DNA of 64,000 nt from an uncultured Clostridia bacterium (GCA_947594845.1 CANQEI010000001.1:39715-103714), one strand, 5' to 3'; shown: positions 37,762 to 48,785, counted from the first letter of the stretch. Notes: generated from the sequence alone by a model not told the origin. Numbers and translations: made by a program.

Positions 37762-38961
37762 ATGGAAAGAAAATTTTTACATATTGATGTAAATAATGCT
37801 TTTTTATCATGGACTGCAGTTGAAAGATTAAAAAACGGGGATAAATTAGACTTACGCACAATACCATCAGTAATTGGTGGTGACGAGTCTAAAAGAAGAG
37901 GAATTGTTGTTGCTAAAAGTAATATAGCCAAAAAATTTGGAATAAAAACGGCAGAACCATTATATATGGCAAGAAGAAAATGTCCTAGTGTTGTAGTAGT
38001 TCATGGAGATTATGATGTATATAAAAGATATTCTGATGAGCTTTATAAAATTTTTCTAACTTATACAGAAAAAGTAGAAAGATTTTCAATAGACGAATGT
38101 TTTTTGGACTTGACTGGGTACTTAAAGCCAAATGAAGATTTAGTTAAAATTGGAATAGAAATAAAAGAAAAAATAAAGAAAAAATTTGGATTCACTGTAA
38201 ATGTTGGGGTATCTGATGACAAAATTTTAGCCAAAATAGCTTCTGATTTTGAAAAGCCAGATAAATTGCATACTTTATTTAAATCAGAAATAGAAGAAAA
38301 ATTATGGAATTTACCTGTTTCAGAAATGTTTATGGTTGGGAAAAAGTCAATTCCAAAATTAAATAGATTGGGAATAAAAACAATTGGAGATTTAGCTAAT
38401 TTTGATAAATCATTACTTATTAAAAATTTTGGAAAATATGGCTATATGATATGGAAATATGCAAATGGTAATAGCAATGAAGAAGTTAATTATATTAAAG
38501 AAAAACCTAAAGGAATTGGAAACAGCTATACACTTCCTTATGATGTGGGGAATATATCAGAACTCGAAGTTATACTTGCTCAATTAGTTGAAAAAGTTGC
38601 ATATAGACTAAGAAAAGAAGATATGTATGCCACAGTTGTTAATGTACAATTAAAAAATAACAATTTTAAGGTATTTTCACACCAAAAAAAGTTAGATGTT
38701 CGAACAGATACAACTAAAGATATATTAAAAGCAGCTAAAGAACTTTTAAATGAACTATATAATGGAGATTTTATTAGATTAGTTGGAGTTAGAGTAGATG
38801 GATTGGTAGAGAAAAAAGAAATGCAACTTTCTATTTTTGATATGCCAGAAAATAGTAAAAATAAAAAAATTGATGAAGCAATGGATAGGCTTAGAGAAAA
38901 GTTTGGGGAAGATATTGTTGGTAGAGCAATAGATATTAAAAGTAACATTGATGATAAATAA
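37762..38961 (+). CDS. dinB: DNA polymerase IV (Y-family)
   Basis: 'FLHIDVNNAF...IDECFLDLT...VGVSDDKILAKIAS' are Y-family polymerase motifs. Confidence 0.9.
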   Translation: MERKFLHIDVNNAFLSWTAVERLKNGDKLDLRTIPSVIGGDESKRRGIVVAKSNIAKKFGIKTAEPLYMARRKCPSVVVVHGDYDVYKRYSDELYKIFLTYTEKVERFSIDECFLDLTGYLKPNEDLVKIGIEIKEKIKKKFGFTVNVGVSDDKILAKIASDFEKPDKLHTLFKSEIEEKLWNLPVSEMFMVGKKSIPKLNRLGIKTIGDLANFDKSLLIKNFGKYGYMIWKYANGNSNEEVNYIKEKPKGIGNSYTLPYDVGNISELEVILAQLVEKVAYRLRKEDMYATVVNVQLKNNNFKVFSHQKKLDVRTDTTKDILKAAKELLNELYNGDFIRLVGVRVDGLVEKKEMQLSIFDMPENSKNKKIDEAMDRLREKFGEDIVGRAIDIKSNIDDK

Positions 38962-39068
38962 TTCATATTATGTATTAACCAGAAGGTTTAGAGGTGCAAG
39001 TTCGAAAAAATAAATAGTATGCTAGTATGTTAGATTTTTTGAAATTTGATTTATGCCTCAAGGAAGGA

Positions 39069-39314
39069 ATGAATACAAATATGGAACCACAAGTTACAAT
39101 TTGTTGCGGTAAGAAAAGTCAAAGATGTTGTTGCATATCTAAAATATTATATATCTTTATTGCTTTACTAATTTTTGTAGTTGGAATTATAATAGGTGCA
39201 TTAACTTCTATTGTTACTGCTATTGGTGCGGTATACTTCTATGTATTAGCGACAATTTTTGCAATACTTGCGATTATAACATTAATATATATGTTATGCA
39301 GTTGTAGAAATTAG
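39069..39314 (+). CDS. Small Cys-rich membrane protein (CCGKKSQRCCC motif, two TM helices)
   Basis: ORF with hydrophobic helices and an N-terminal cysteine cluster. Start is uncertain. Confidence 0.4.
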   Translation: MNTNMEPQVTICCGKKSQRCCCISKILYIFIALLIFVVGIIIGALTSIVTAIGAVYFYVLATIFAILAIITLIYMLCSCRN

Positions 39315-39453
39315 TGTTTAAATAAAAATTATAAAGATGGCGTTTCGATATAAAATATAGTATCGGACGCCATTTTAGGTAAAAATTATATAATTGAAAA
39401 AAATATATACATGTGATAAAATACGTTTATCTTTTAGGAAAGGAATTTTTTAT

Positions 39454-40713
39454 ATGGAAAAAGATAAAATTGCTATTATTATGGCTGCAGGGAAAAGTAC
39501 TGCAATGAATTCAAAAAAATCTAAATTAGTACATAAATTGTATGGAAAAGAACTTGTTTCAAGAGTGGTTGAGACAGCTGAAAAGCTAGACTGCGATGAA
39601 ATTATAACAGTTGTTGGTGAACAAAAAGAACAAGTTATGGAAGTTTTGAAGGATAGAACAAAATATGTAGAACAAAAAGAAATTTTAGGAACAGGACATG
39701 CTTTGTTACAAGTACTTCCAATGCTAGAATCAAAATCAGGTCAAGTTGTTATTCTATATGGTGATGTTCCAATAATAAAAAAAGAAACTATTGAAAAATT
39801 GATAGATAGAAATAGAAATGAAAGAGAAAGTGTAACATTATTAACTGCAATTTCTGACAATCCAACAGGATATGGAAGAATAATTAGAAATGATGTTGGA
39901 GAAGTTGAAGAAATTGTAGAAGAAATATATGCAAATGAAAGACAAAAGCAAATAAAGGAAATAAATTCAGGAATTTATTGCTTTGACATAGAAACATTAG
40001 TAAGCACAATAAAAGAAGTTGAACCACGTGATAATGGACAAATTTATTTAACAGATGTTGTTAAAGCTATGCGTGATAAAGAGTTTAAAATTGGTGCAAT
40101 GATTGTTGAAGATAATACAGAAATTTTAGGTGTAAATGATAGAGTACAATTAGAATTATTAGGCAGAGTTTTAAAAATGAGAATTAATACAATGCATATG
40201 CTAAACGGTGTTACGATTGAAGATTCAGATACAACATATATTTATGAAGATGTAAAAATAGGTAGAGATACAGTTATTCATCCAAATACAACAATAAAAT
40301 CAGATTGTGTTATTGGTGAAGATTGCGAAATCGGACCAAATGCTTACATCAGAGAACATTCAACTTTAGCTGATAAAGTAAAAATTGGTAATTGTGTTGA
40401 AATAAAGAAAACCAAAGTCGCTTATGGAAGTAAGGTTCCTCATTTATCATATATGGGTGATTGCGAAATTGGAACTGGAGTTAATATTGGATGCGGAAGT
40501 ATTACTTGCAATTATGATGGTGTAAATAAACATAAAACGATTATTGGCGATGACTGTTTTGTTGGTTCAAATACAAATTTAGTTGCACCAGTAACTGTTG
40601 GAAAAAATGTATTGATCGCTGCTGGTTCAACAATTACAGAAAATGTACCAGATGATACCTTGGCAATTGCAAGACAAAGACAAGTTAATAAAGTTGATTG
40701 GAATAAAAAATAA
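39454..40713 (+). CDS. glmU: Bifunctional GlmU-like N-acetylglucosamine-1-phosphate uridyltransferase / glucosamine-1-phosphate acetyltransferase
   Basis: N-terminal nucleotidyltransferase 'IAIIMAAGKSTAM' and C-terminal left-handed beta-helix hexapeptide repeats. ATG at 39454 lies 8 nt downstream of AGGAAAGGAA. Confidence 0.7.
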   Translation: MEKDKIAIIMAAGKSTAMNSKKSKLVHKLYGKELVSRVVETAEKLDCDEIITVVGEQKEQVMEVLKDRTKYVEQKEILGTGHALLQVLPMLESKSGQVVILYGDVPIIKKETIEKLIDRNRNERESVTLLTAISDNPTGYGRIIRNDVGEVEEIVEEIYANERQKQIKEINSGIYCFDIETLVSTIKEVEPRDNGQIYLTDVVKAMRDKEFKIGAMIVEDNTEILGVNDRVQLELLGRVLKMRINTMHMLNGVTIEDSDTTYIYEDVKIGRDTVIHPNTTIKSDCVIGEDCEIGPNAYIREHSTLADKVKIGNCVEIKKTKVAYGSKVPHLSYMGDCEIGTGVNIGCGSITCNYDGVNKHKTIIGDDCFVGSNTNLVAPVTVGKNVLIAAGSTITENVPDDTLAIARQRQVNKVDWNKK

Positions 40714-40731
40714 TATCAAAGAGGGATTTAT

Positions 40732-42183
40732 ATGAAAAATAAAATTTTAATAATTTCTCTAATATTAATTATTGCAATAGGAGTTACTTGGAATTTTATT
40801 AGAACTAAAAAGTCAGAAACAGAAAGTGAAAGACCAATAGCTGTTAGTGAAGATGAAATAAAAAATCCTGATAGAATGGTTGTAAAGTTAGGTCAAAATT
40901 ATTATGAGATTACACCACATGATTCTGGTTATGATGAACTTATAAAAAAATGTAGACAAAGTTTTAATAGAACAACCGGAAGAAACATTGATGAACAGGA
41001 AATAGAATCTTTAAAGCAGAATTCAGATTTTGTAGAATTTGATTATGATAGAGTAAGTAAAAATAATATTTTCTTTTTTTCCGGAGATATTGGAGTTATT
41101 AAAATGCAAGAAACAGGTGGAATTACTGCATCTAATGAACTATATGATGGAGAAGAGTTAAAAGAAAGCTTTGAAAAAGCAATAAAAGACAAGACTCCAT
41201 ATAGCTTAGATACCTCTTTATATACTGCTAATAATGTTTATCAATATCTTCCATCTACATATGATTTCGAAGAAATTAAATATGAGGCAGTTTATAAAAA
41301 GGAAATTACATCTGTAGATGATTATGAAAAAATTTTGAATTTATATAATATTAAATTTGAAAAAATTGATATAAATGAGCTTTTAAAAGGAAACAAGATT
41401 ATATTATTTTTAAGCAAATACAATATTTCTGATTATAAAACTAATGTAGGAAATATAAAAATTAATTTCATAGGACAAGATTATGAAGTACCAATAGCTC
41501 AAAACTATATACCATTACTTATGGTAGTGAGCAAAATTGTTAATACAAATTGTATTTACTACAATTATGATAGTGTAAATAATGTAGATAATTTAACTGG
41601 AACTCATGAAGATATATATGGTGTAGTTAGAGAGAAAAAAGATGATGGAACTTTAATTTTAGGATACACAGTAGAAGACAATATTACAACAGGGATTGTC
41701 CAATTATCAGATTATGTTAAAAATAAAAACTCAAGTGCAAGAGAAATAGAAGTTGGAGATTGGATAAGTTCACTTGGAGCAACTGTTATTTCAAAAGAAA
41801 ATGATATAAAAACATATGCAGTTAATACAGAAATCTATGTTCAAAAAAAAGATGACTATGAAAAAAGTATAAGTAATCTTGTTAAAGGTGAAAAGACCTT
41901 AGATACTAATATAGAATATTATTATGAATCAGAGTCTGGTTATGATGGATTTATGATTTGTGCTTTATATTTTGGAGAAAATTCTGTAGCACCTGATGGA
42001 TATTTAAAAGTATATTATGATTTTTATGATAATATTACTGAAAGCTATTTAGGTAGAAAGGAAAGTCCTGTAGCTTCAAACTATGGAATTGTTAAGTACG
42101 AAATGGTTACAATTACATTTACAGAACCTGTTTCAGATATAAAAAATATTAAGGCTAAAACTTTAGAATTTATAGCTGATTAA
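40732..42183 (+). CDS. Membrane-anchored extracytoplasmic hypothetical protein (483 aa)
   Basis: Signal anchor 'ILIISLILIIAIGV'; no recognised motifs. Confidence 0.5.
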   Translation: MKNKILIISLILIIAIGVTWNFIRTKKSETESERPIAVSEDEIKNPDRMVVKLGQNYYEITPHDSGYDELIKKCRQSFNRTTGRNIDEQEIESLKQNSDFVEFDYDRVSKNNIFFFSGDIGVIKMQETGGITASNELYDGEELKESFEKAIKDKTPYSLDTSLYTANNVYQYLPSTYDFEEIKYEAVYKKEITSVDDYEKILNLYNIKFEKIDINELLKGNKIILFLSKYNISDYKTNVGNIKINFIGQDYEVPIAQNYIPLLMVVSKIVNTNCIYYNYDSVNNVDNLTGTHEDIYGVVREKKDDGTLILGYTVEDNITTGIVQLSDYVKNKNSSAREIEVGDWISSLGATVISKENDIKTYAVNTEIYVQKKDDYEKSISNLVKGEKTLDTNIEYYYESESGYDGFMICALYFGENSVAPDGYLKVYYDFYDNITESYLGRKESPVASNYGIVKYEMVTITFTEPVSDIKNIKAKTLEFIAD

Positions 42184-42207
42184 TATATTATTGAGTATTA
42201 AATTAAG

Positions 42208-42240
42208 AGGAAGTATATTGTATACTTCCTCTTTTTACAT
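42208..42240. terminator. Bidirectional terminator
   Basis: 'agaggaagtata ttg tatacttcctct' followed by a T-run. Confidence 0.65.
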
Positions 42241-42612
42241 ACCTTGTTCACCTGGCAAAATGTAGTCAATAATACCATAAATTAATGCACCGATTATTGC
42301 TGACATCCAAGAAATTGTATACCCAGCGACAAAGAACTGAGTTGCATATAAAATTACCACGGCAAGAACAAATCCTACAAAACCTTTACCAAAAGCCATT
42401 GCTTGTAATCCTGTAAATTTAACAATTAAATAATCCATTACAGTTAATACAATAGCTGCAAGAGCTAAAGACCAAAAATTATCGATTCTAAAGCCGGGAG
42501 TAAAAAATGCTGTTACTCCAAGGATAATAGCTGCTGCTATAAGTCTTCCAATAATTTGACCAATAACTCCCATTGTGGAAGAGCTTTGTATATTAGAATT
42601 GTTATTATCCAT
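42235..42612 (-). CDS. DUF360/YvlD-type (phage-holin-4-like) membrane protein
   Basis: Four hydrophobic helices; 125 aa. Confidence 0.6.
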   Translation of the reverse strand: MDNNNSNIQSSSTMGVIGQIIGRLIAAAIILGVTAFFTPGFRIDNFWSLALAAIVLTVMDYLIVKFTGLQAMAFGKGFVGFVLAVVILYATQFFVAGYTISWMSAIIGALIYGIIDYILPGEQGM

Positions 42613-42782
42613 TTTGAACCTCCTTTTTTAAACTAATGATATTTATTAATTTAAAAAATCCAATTACCAATTTGAACAATCATTAATTGTTCATTTTTAT
42701 TTTTAACTAAAAAAATTTTTTTATGCATATTATTCGTTTTTTTAGTAAAAAATAAATGTAAAATTGAAAAAAGAGGTTTTTT

Positions 42783-43466
42783 ATGCTTGTTATTTTTATT
42801 AGAACTATAGTTTTATATATTCTTGTTTTACTAGTAATGCGCTGTATGGGAAAAAGAGAAATTGGACAACTTCAGCCATTTGAATTGGTAATTTCAATTA
42901 TGATTGCTGACTTAGCATCTATTCCAATGTCTGATGTTGGAGTACCAATATCTAATGGTATAATTCCAATTCTTAGTCTTCTAGTTATGCATTTGATTAT
43001 TTCCTTTGGAAATTTGAAAAGTATAAGATTTAGGCAAATAATTTGTGGTAAGCCAACTATATTAATTTATAGAGGAAAAATAGATGAGCAAAAATTAAAA
43101 AAAGAAAGATATACGATTAATGAACTTCAAGAGAGATTAAGGGGAAAAGATGTATTTAATATTGGAGATGTTGAATATGCAATTTTAGAAACTAGTGGGG
43201 AGATAAATGTAATTTTGAAGCCAGAAAAAAGAAATCCAACGTTAGGAGATTTAAGTGTTCAAGCAAAATATGAAGGAATTGCATATGATTTAGTAATTGA
43301 TGGAGTAATCCAATATGAAAACTTAAACAAGATAAATAAAAATTACGAGTGGCTTGAAAAAGAAGTTAGTAAATTTGGATTTGAACCAGAAGATGCTTTA
43401 GTTGTAACAATAGATGGAGATAATCAGATTTTTTGTCAGAAAAAAGGAGATCAAAATAATGTTTAA
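42783..43466 (+). CDS. DUF421 (YetF-like) membrane protein
   Basis: 'MGKREIGQLQPFELVISIMIADLASIPM' is the YetF N-terminal signature. Confidence 0.75.
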   Translation: MLVIFIRTIVLYILVLLVMRCMGKREIGQLQPFELVISIMIADLASIPMSDVGVPISNGIIPILSLLVMHLIISFGNLKSIRFRQIICGKPTILIYRGKIDEQKLKKERYTINELQERLRGKDVFNIGDVEYAILETSGEINVILKPEKRNPTLGDLSVQAKYEGIAYDLVIDGVIQYENLNKINKNYEWLEKEVSKFGFEPEDALVVTIDGDNQIFCQKKGDQNNV

Positions 43467-43839
43467 AGAAGTTATTATTTCTGCAGCAATAGTAATTGCA
43501 ATTATAGTTTTGGATATTTTATTAGGAAGATTTGTAGATGATAAAATGAACCACACAGTAGAACTTTTGAATAATGTAGAAATAAGTATAAGGGAAAACA
43601 ACTATGAAGAGGCAAATAAAAAATTAAAAGAAACTGATGAATTTTGGAAAAATTCTGAAGAAATGCTTTCTTTTTATATAGAACATGAGGAATTAGAAAA
43701 AGTAGACAAAGAATTTACGTCTTTAAATACTTTTATTGAATTAGAAAATGAAGAGGCTCTTGAAAAAGTAAATAATGTTGCATATATAATTAAACACATA
43801 GAAGAAAAAGATGATTTAAAATTAAAAAATATTTTTTAA
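43459..43839 (+). CDS. DUF4363-like small membrane-anchored protein (partner of DUF421)
   Basis: ATG at 43459 lies 9 nt downstream of GGAG and overlaps the upstream stop; N-terminal TM. Confidence 0.5.
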   Translation: MFKEVIISAAIVIAIIVLDILLGRFVDDKMNHTVELLNNVEISIRENNYEEANKKLKETDEFWKNSEEMLSFYIEHEELEKVDKEFTSLNTFIELENEEALEKVNNVAYIIKHIEEKDDLKLKNIF

Positions 43840-43904
43840 TGAAAGTTCACGCATGTTTTATAAATTTCATATTATATTGTAAATGACAAAAAAGGATGAT
43901 ATAA

Positions 43905-45041
43905 ATGGAGCGATTTGTTTATTTAGATCATGCGGCAACAACGCCAATAGATAAAGAAGTATTAAATGAGATGTTACCATATTTGACTTTGAATTATGGT
44001 AATGCTTCATCATTATATAGTTTGGGTAAAAAGAGTAAAGAGGCAGTTGAAAAAGCAAGATTGCAAATTGCAGATGCAATAAATTGTAATTCAAATGAAA
44101 TTTATTTTACGAGTTGTGGGAGTGAAAGTGATAATTTAGCATTAAAAGGGATTGCACAAGCTAATCGAAATAGGGGAAAGCATATAATAACTAGCAGTAT
44201 TGAACATCCAGCTATTTTGGAAACTTGTAAGACTTTAGAAAAAGATGGATTTTCTATTTCATATGTACCGGTTAAGGAAAATGGAATAATTGATATAGAA
44301 GAATTAAAAAGATTAATTAGAAAAGATACTATTTTAATTTCTATAATGATGGCAAATAATGAAGTTGGTACAATTCAGCCAATTGAAGAAATAGGAAGAA
44401 TAGCGAGACTTAACAATATTATTTTTCACTCTGATTGTGTTCAGGCAATTGGAAATTTAGATATAGATGTAAGAAAAATGAATATTGACGCACTTTCAAT
44501 GTCTGCACATAAATTCTATGCACCTAAAGGAATTGGGGCTTTGTATATTAAGTCTGGAATAAGATTTAATAGACAACAAGATGGTGGACATCAAGAAAGA
44601 GAGAAAAGAGCTGGAACTGAAAATGTTGCTAGTATTGTTGGCATGGGAAAGGCTATAGAAATTGCAGAAAAAAATAGAAATGTTTATAATGATAAATTAA
44701 AAAAATTAAGAAACGCATATGTGAAAAGTGTGATTAATTTATTTTCAAATGTTTTTGTTAATGGAGATATGGAAAATAGATTATCTGGAAATATGAATAT
44801 TTCTTTTTTGGGATATAAAGGTGCTTATTTAGTTGGGGAATTAGATAAAAGAGGAATTTGTGCATCAAGCGGTTCAGCATGTAGTGCAGGACTTCCAATG
44901 CCTTCAAATGTTTTAATGAATATTAGTCATAATGTAAAAATAGCAGAAAGTTCATTAAGAATTACTTTTGGAAAAGAAAACACAATGCAAGATGTTGAAT
45001 ATTTAATATATTGTTTAAATGAAATATTAACAAAAAAATAA
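43905..45041 (+). CDS. Cysteine desulfurase (NifS/IscS family, class V aminotransferase)
   Basis: 'VYLDHAATTP', the PLP-Lys region 'SAHKFYAPKGIGALY', 'RAGTENV', and the active Cys in 'SSGSACSAG'. Confidence 0.85.
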   Translation: MERFVYLDHAATTPIDKEVLNEMLPYLTLNYGNASSLYSLGKKSKEAVEKARLQIADAINCNSNEIYFTSCGSESDNLALKGIAQANRNRGKHIITSSIEHPAILETCKTLEKDGFSISYVPVKENGIIDIEELKRLIRKDTILISIMMANNEVGTIQPIEEIGRIARLNNIIFHSDCVQAIGNLDIDVRKMNIDALSMSAHKFYAPKGIGALYIKSGIRFNRQQDGGHQEREKRAGTENVASIVGMGKAIEIAEKNRNVYNDKLKKLRNAYVKSVINLFSNVFVNGDMENRLSGNMNISFLGYKGAYLVGELDKRGICASSGSACSAGLPMPSNVLMNISHNVKIAESSLRITFGKENTMQDVEYLIYCLNEILTKK

Positions 45042-45066
45042 GCCAGTATAAAACTGGCTTATTTTG
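45041..45066. terminator. Bidirectional terminator
   Basis: 'aagccagt ataaa actggctt' followed by 'attttg'. Confidence 0.6.
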
Positions 45067-45069
45067 AAA

Positions 45070-46095
45070 TTAATTCATTATATCATCTGAATCATCATCT
45101 ATAGAATTTGTATTTTGAAGAATTTGTGATTGCATTTCTGCAGAAGTTAATTCGTCAGAATCTTCAGTTTCTTCTTTTTTATGTTTTTTATGTTTTCTAT
45201 TATCTTTTATAACATCTGATAATGCACCTAAACTTCCAAGAGCTGATGTAGCTTCAAATGGAATGAATATTTTATTTGCATCACCTTTTGCAACTTCTTC
45301 AAGTGCTTCTAAAGATTTTAATTGAACTAGTTTTTCATCTGGATCAGATTCTTTAATAGCATCATATACCATTTGAATTTCTTTTGCTTTAGCAGCGGCA
45401 ACTTGTTTTATTGCATCAGCTTCACCAGTAGCCCTTCTTATTTTGGCTTCTCTGTCAGCTTCAGCATCTAAGATTGCAGCTTCTTTTCTACCTTCAGCAA
45501 GAGTGATTGCAGATTGTCTTTCACCTTCGGCTTGTAGAATTAAAGCTCTTTTATTTCTTTCTGCGTTCATCTGTTTTTCCATAGCATCTTTTATATCTGG
45601 TGGAGGAGTAATATCTTTGATTTCAACTCTGTCAACTTTACATCCCCATTGATCTGTAGCTTCATCTAGTATAGATTTTAATCTAGTATTTATTAAATCT
45701 CTAGAACTAAAAGTTTCATCAAGTTCCATTTTACCAACAATATCACGAATTGTTGTAATAGCTAAATATTCAATACCTTTTTTTAATGATTGAATTTCAT
45801 AAACTGCCTTTGCAGGATCTGTAACTTTGTAGAAAACAACTGTATCTATAGTTATTGTAACATTATCTGAAGTAATAACTTCTTGTGGTTGAACATCCAT
45901 AGTTTGTTGTTTTAAGCTAACTATGGATCTAACATTGTCTATAAAAGGTATAATAAGTGTTAGACCAGCATCTGCTGCTTTATGAAATTTACCTAATCTT
46001 TCAATAATATATACTTCTGATTGTTTTACAACTTTAATTGATTTTATAAGTATAATTGCAATAATTATAATTAATATAATAAAAGCAATAGTCAT
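45070..46095 (-). CDS. SPFH/band-7 (stomatin/flotillin-like) membrane protein with acidic C-terminal tail
   Basis: N-terminal TM then a band-7 domain ('IERLGKFHKAADAGL...'). C-terminal 'DDDSDDIMN'. Confidence 0.8.
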   Translation of the reverse strand: MTIAFIILIIIIAIILIKSIKVVKQSEVYIIERLGKFHKAADAGLTLIIPFIDNVRSIVSLKQQTMDVQPQEVITSDNVTITIDTVVFYKVTDPAKAVYEIQSLKKGIEYLAITTIRDIVGKMELDETFSSRDLINTRLKSILDEATDQWGCKVDRVEIKDITPPPDIKDAMEKQMNAERNKRALILQAEGERQSAITLAEGRKEAAILDAEADREAKIRRATGEADAIKQVAAAKAKEIQMVYDAIKESDPDEKLVQLKSLEALEEVAKGDANKIFIPFEATSALGSLGALSDVIKDNRKHKKHKKEETEDSDELTSAEMQSQILQNTNSIDDDSDDIMN

Positions 46096-46286
46096 ATTTT
46101 TTCCTCCTTAAAAATTTATATAGCGATTTACATAAATTTCCCATAATTACATTACTATTATACCACAGAAATACTGAAAAATAAAGACTTTTTTAAAAAA
46201 ATAACAAATTTATGAAATTCTATTTAATAAAATGTCTATTTATGATATAAGTTATGTAGAAATTTGTAAGTATAGGAGTTGACACG

Positions 46287-47345
46287 ATGGAAGAAAGTAA
46301 AAATAAAAGACTGAAATTTAGAAGTGGCAACCTATTGAACAAAATTGTCATAGTAACAATTTTATTAATAGTAGTATTGAATATTTTTAGATATGCAGCC
46401 TATTTTGAAAAAGGAAAGAATGATGAGATTCAAATTTCAATTCATGATGCTGTAAACTTGGAACTATCAAATAGTGTATATATAGATGAAAATGATGTTA
46501 TTTATTTATCAGAAGAAGATATGAAAAAATATTTTGATAAAGATTTATATTATGTGCAAATTGAAAATAGTAAAAGAAAATATATATCTGTGTTTGAAAA
46601 TAAAGTTATAGAATTGGTTGAAGATGAAAATCACATGTTTCTTAATGATGCAAGATATAAAATAAAAGGAGAAGTTACTAATAGGGATGGTGTATATTAT
46701 TTCCCAATTTCTGAATTGACAGAGGCTTATAATATTAAAGTAGATTATTTAAAAGATAAAAATAGAATAAATATAGATAAATTATCAGAAGAAAAGATAA
46801 CAGCTGTTGTTAGTAAAGATACAAATTTAAAATATAAGATGACTGATATTTCGAAAAATTTAGGAATGCTAAAACAAGGCGATACAGTTGAAATAATAGA
46901 AAAAATGGATAAAACATGGACTAAAATAAAAACTTCAGAGTATATGATTGGTTATATAAAAAGTTCAAAATTGGAAAAGGAAAAAACAGAGAGAGAAGCA
47001 GTTAGAAGAGATGATTATAGTAGATTTGATATGAAAAATTCTACGATTATAGAAGTAGATGATTCTACATATCCAAATATGAATGAGGCTCTTTCAGAAT
47101 ATGATACGAGAAAGGCTAAAATTAAGGAAATACTTAAGACTGCAATAGATGAAGTAGTTCAATTAAAAGGAAAGAGTATTGGAGTTAAAATTAATCTTAC
47201 TTCAATAGATAATTCAGAAAATTATTATAGATTTTTGAAAGAATTAAAAGCATATTTAAATGATATGAATGTATGCTTAATTGTTGTAGATCAGGGCAAT
47301 ATGGAAACACAAGACTTAGAAAATGTTAGTAATATAATATTATAA
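46287..47345 (+). CDS. Membrane-anchored protein with SH3b-like domain
   Basis: TM 'IVIVTILLIVVLNIF'. 'KQGDTVEIIEKMDKTWTKIKTSEYMIGYIKSSKL' resembles bacterial SH3. Confidence 0.5.
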   Translation: MEESKNKRLKFRSGNLLNKIVIVTILLIVVLNIFRYAAYFEKGKNDEIQISIHDAVNLELSNSVYIDENDVIYLSEEDMKKYFDKDLYYVQIENSKRKYISVFENKVIELVEDENHMFLNDARYKIKGEVTNRDGVYYFPISELTEAYNIKVDYLKDKNRINIDKLSEEKITAVVSKDTNLKYKMTDISKNLGMLKQGDTVEIIEKMDKTWTKIKTSEYMIGYIKSSKLEKEKTEREAVRRDDYSRFDMKNSTIIEVDDSTYPNMNEALSEYDTRKAKIKEILKTAIDEVVQLKGKSIGVKINLTSIDNSENYYRFLKELKAYLNDMNVCLIVVDQGNMETQDLENVSNIIL

Positions 47346-47369
47346 ATTTTAGAAAAGGAACAAAAGAAA

Positions 47370-48476
47370 ATGATTAGAGAAGAAAGTGGAAAATCTAAAA
47401 TATCAACTATATTGATTATATTTTTATTAATTATTTTATTAGCTGTTGGAGGAACTTTTATATGGTACAGCAACTCAATTAAGGCAACACAAAAAAATAG
47501 TGAAAAAGTAGTATTAGAAATAGAGAGTGGTAGCGGTGTAGCAGGTATTGCGGATAAGCTTAAAAGTAATGGACTAATAAAAAATACTACAGCATTCAAA
47601 GTATATTGCAAATTAAATAAAAAAACATCTATGAAAGCTGGAAAATATGAATTAGATAAAAATATGACAGTTGAGCAAATAACTAATATTTTGGAAGAAG
47701 GAAAAATAGTTGATGAAACTGTAAAAATTACTTTTGTTGAAGGAAAAAATATGAGGTGGATTGCTTCAACAATAGCACAATCTACAGATAACACAGAAGA
47801 TGACGTATTTAATTTGCTTCAAGATGATGAATACATAGATTCATTAATTGAAAAATATTGGTTTCTAGATGATAAAATAAAAGATGATGATATATATTAT
47901 CCATTAGAAGGATATTTATATCCAGATACATATGTTTTAGCTGATAAAACAGTAGATGTTAAGACTATATTTGAAAAAATGCTTGATAAAATGGAAAGTG
48001 TTTTGGATGATGATGAACTAAAAAATGGAATTACTAATAGTAAATATTCAGTTCATGAGATTTTATCTTTGGCATCTGTTGTAGAACTTGAGGCAAAAGA
48101 TGACGAAGACAGAGCAGAGGTAGCAGGCGTATTTTATAATAGATTATCTAGAGGAATGGCACTTCAAAGTGATGTTACAACATATTATGCTTCAAAAGTA
48201 GACATGAATGAACGAAACTTAACGCAAAAAGAACTTGCAAATAATAATCCATATAATACTCGTAGTTCATCAATGGCTGGAAAACTTCCTATTGGACCAA
48301 TATGCATGGTAGGGGAAACTTCAATAGATGCAGTTATTAATCCTAAAAAGACTAGTGCGTTATTCTTTGTTGCAGACAAAAATGGAAAAGTATATTTTTC
48401 TAAAACAAATGCTGAGCATGAACAAAAGATTGAAGAATTGAAAAAGCAGGGATTATGGTATACATATGGTGATTAA
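47370..48476 (+). CDS. mltG: Endolytic murein transglycosylase MltG (YceG family)
   Basis: N-terminal TM, a LysM-like fold, and the YceG catalytic region 'LQSDVTTYYA...NPYNTR'. Confidence 0.85.
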   Translation: MIREESGKSKISTILIIFLLIILLAVGGTFIWYSNSIKATQKNSEKVVLEIESGSGVAGIADKLKSNGLIKNTTAFKVYCKLNKKTSMKAGKYELDKNMTVEQITNILEEGKIVDETVKITFVEGKNMRWIASTIAQSTDNTEDDVFNLLQDDEYIDSLIEKYWFLDDKIKDDDIYYPLEGYLYPDTYVLADKTVDVKTIFEKMLDKMESVLDDDELKNGITNSKYSVHEILSLASVVELEAKDDEDRAEVAGVFYNRLSRGMALQSDVTTYYASKVDMNERNLTQKELANNNPYNTRSSSMAGKLPIGPICMVGETSIDAVINPKKTSALFFVADKNGKVYFSKTNAEHEQKIEELKKQGLWYTYGD

Positions 48477-48523
48477 AATGTATACAGAAAAACAAAAGAA
48501 TATTTAGATTATCTACATAAAAC

Positions 48524-48552
48524 TTGACAAAATTGGAAAAACTGTTTAAAAT
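48524..48552 (+). promoter_or_regulatory. SigA-type promoter for aspS T-box leader
   Basis: TTGACA, a 17-nt spacer, then TAAAAT. Confidence 0.55.
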
Positions 48553-48559
48553 AAATAAT

Positions 48560-48765
48560 ACGTGAATATTTTAAGCAATGATAACTCAAAGTAATTGCAA
48601 TAGAAAATCTAAAAGAGAGAATTACCGTGGCTGAAAGTAATTCAGATGGAAGCAATTATGAAACAAGTTGGAGCTTATTTTTATAGAGTGGGATTTTATC
48701 CAATTTGGGTGGTACCGCGGAAGTTAGCTTTCGTCCCTTATACATGGGATGAAAGCTTTTTTGTT
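48560..48765 (+). promoter_or_regulatory. T-box riboswitch leader (Asp) with terminator
   Basis: AGAGA/GTGGCTGAAAG stem I elements. T-box sequence 'aatttgggtggtaccgcgg' at 48703-48720. Terminator 'agctttcgtccc...gggatgaaagct' followed by a T-run. Confidence 0.75.
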
Positions 48766-48785
48766 GCATAAAAGGAGGTGGAAAA

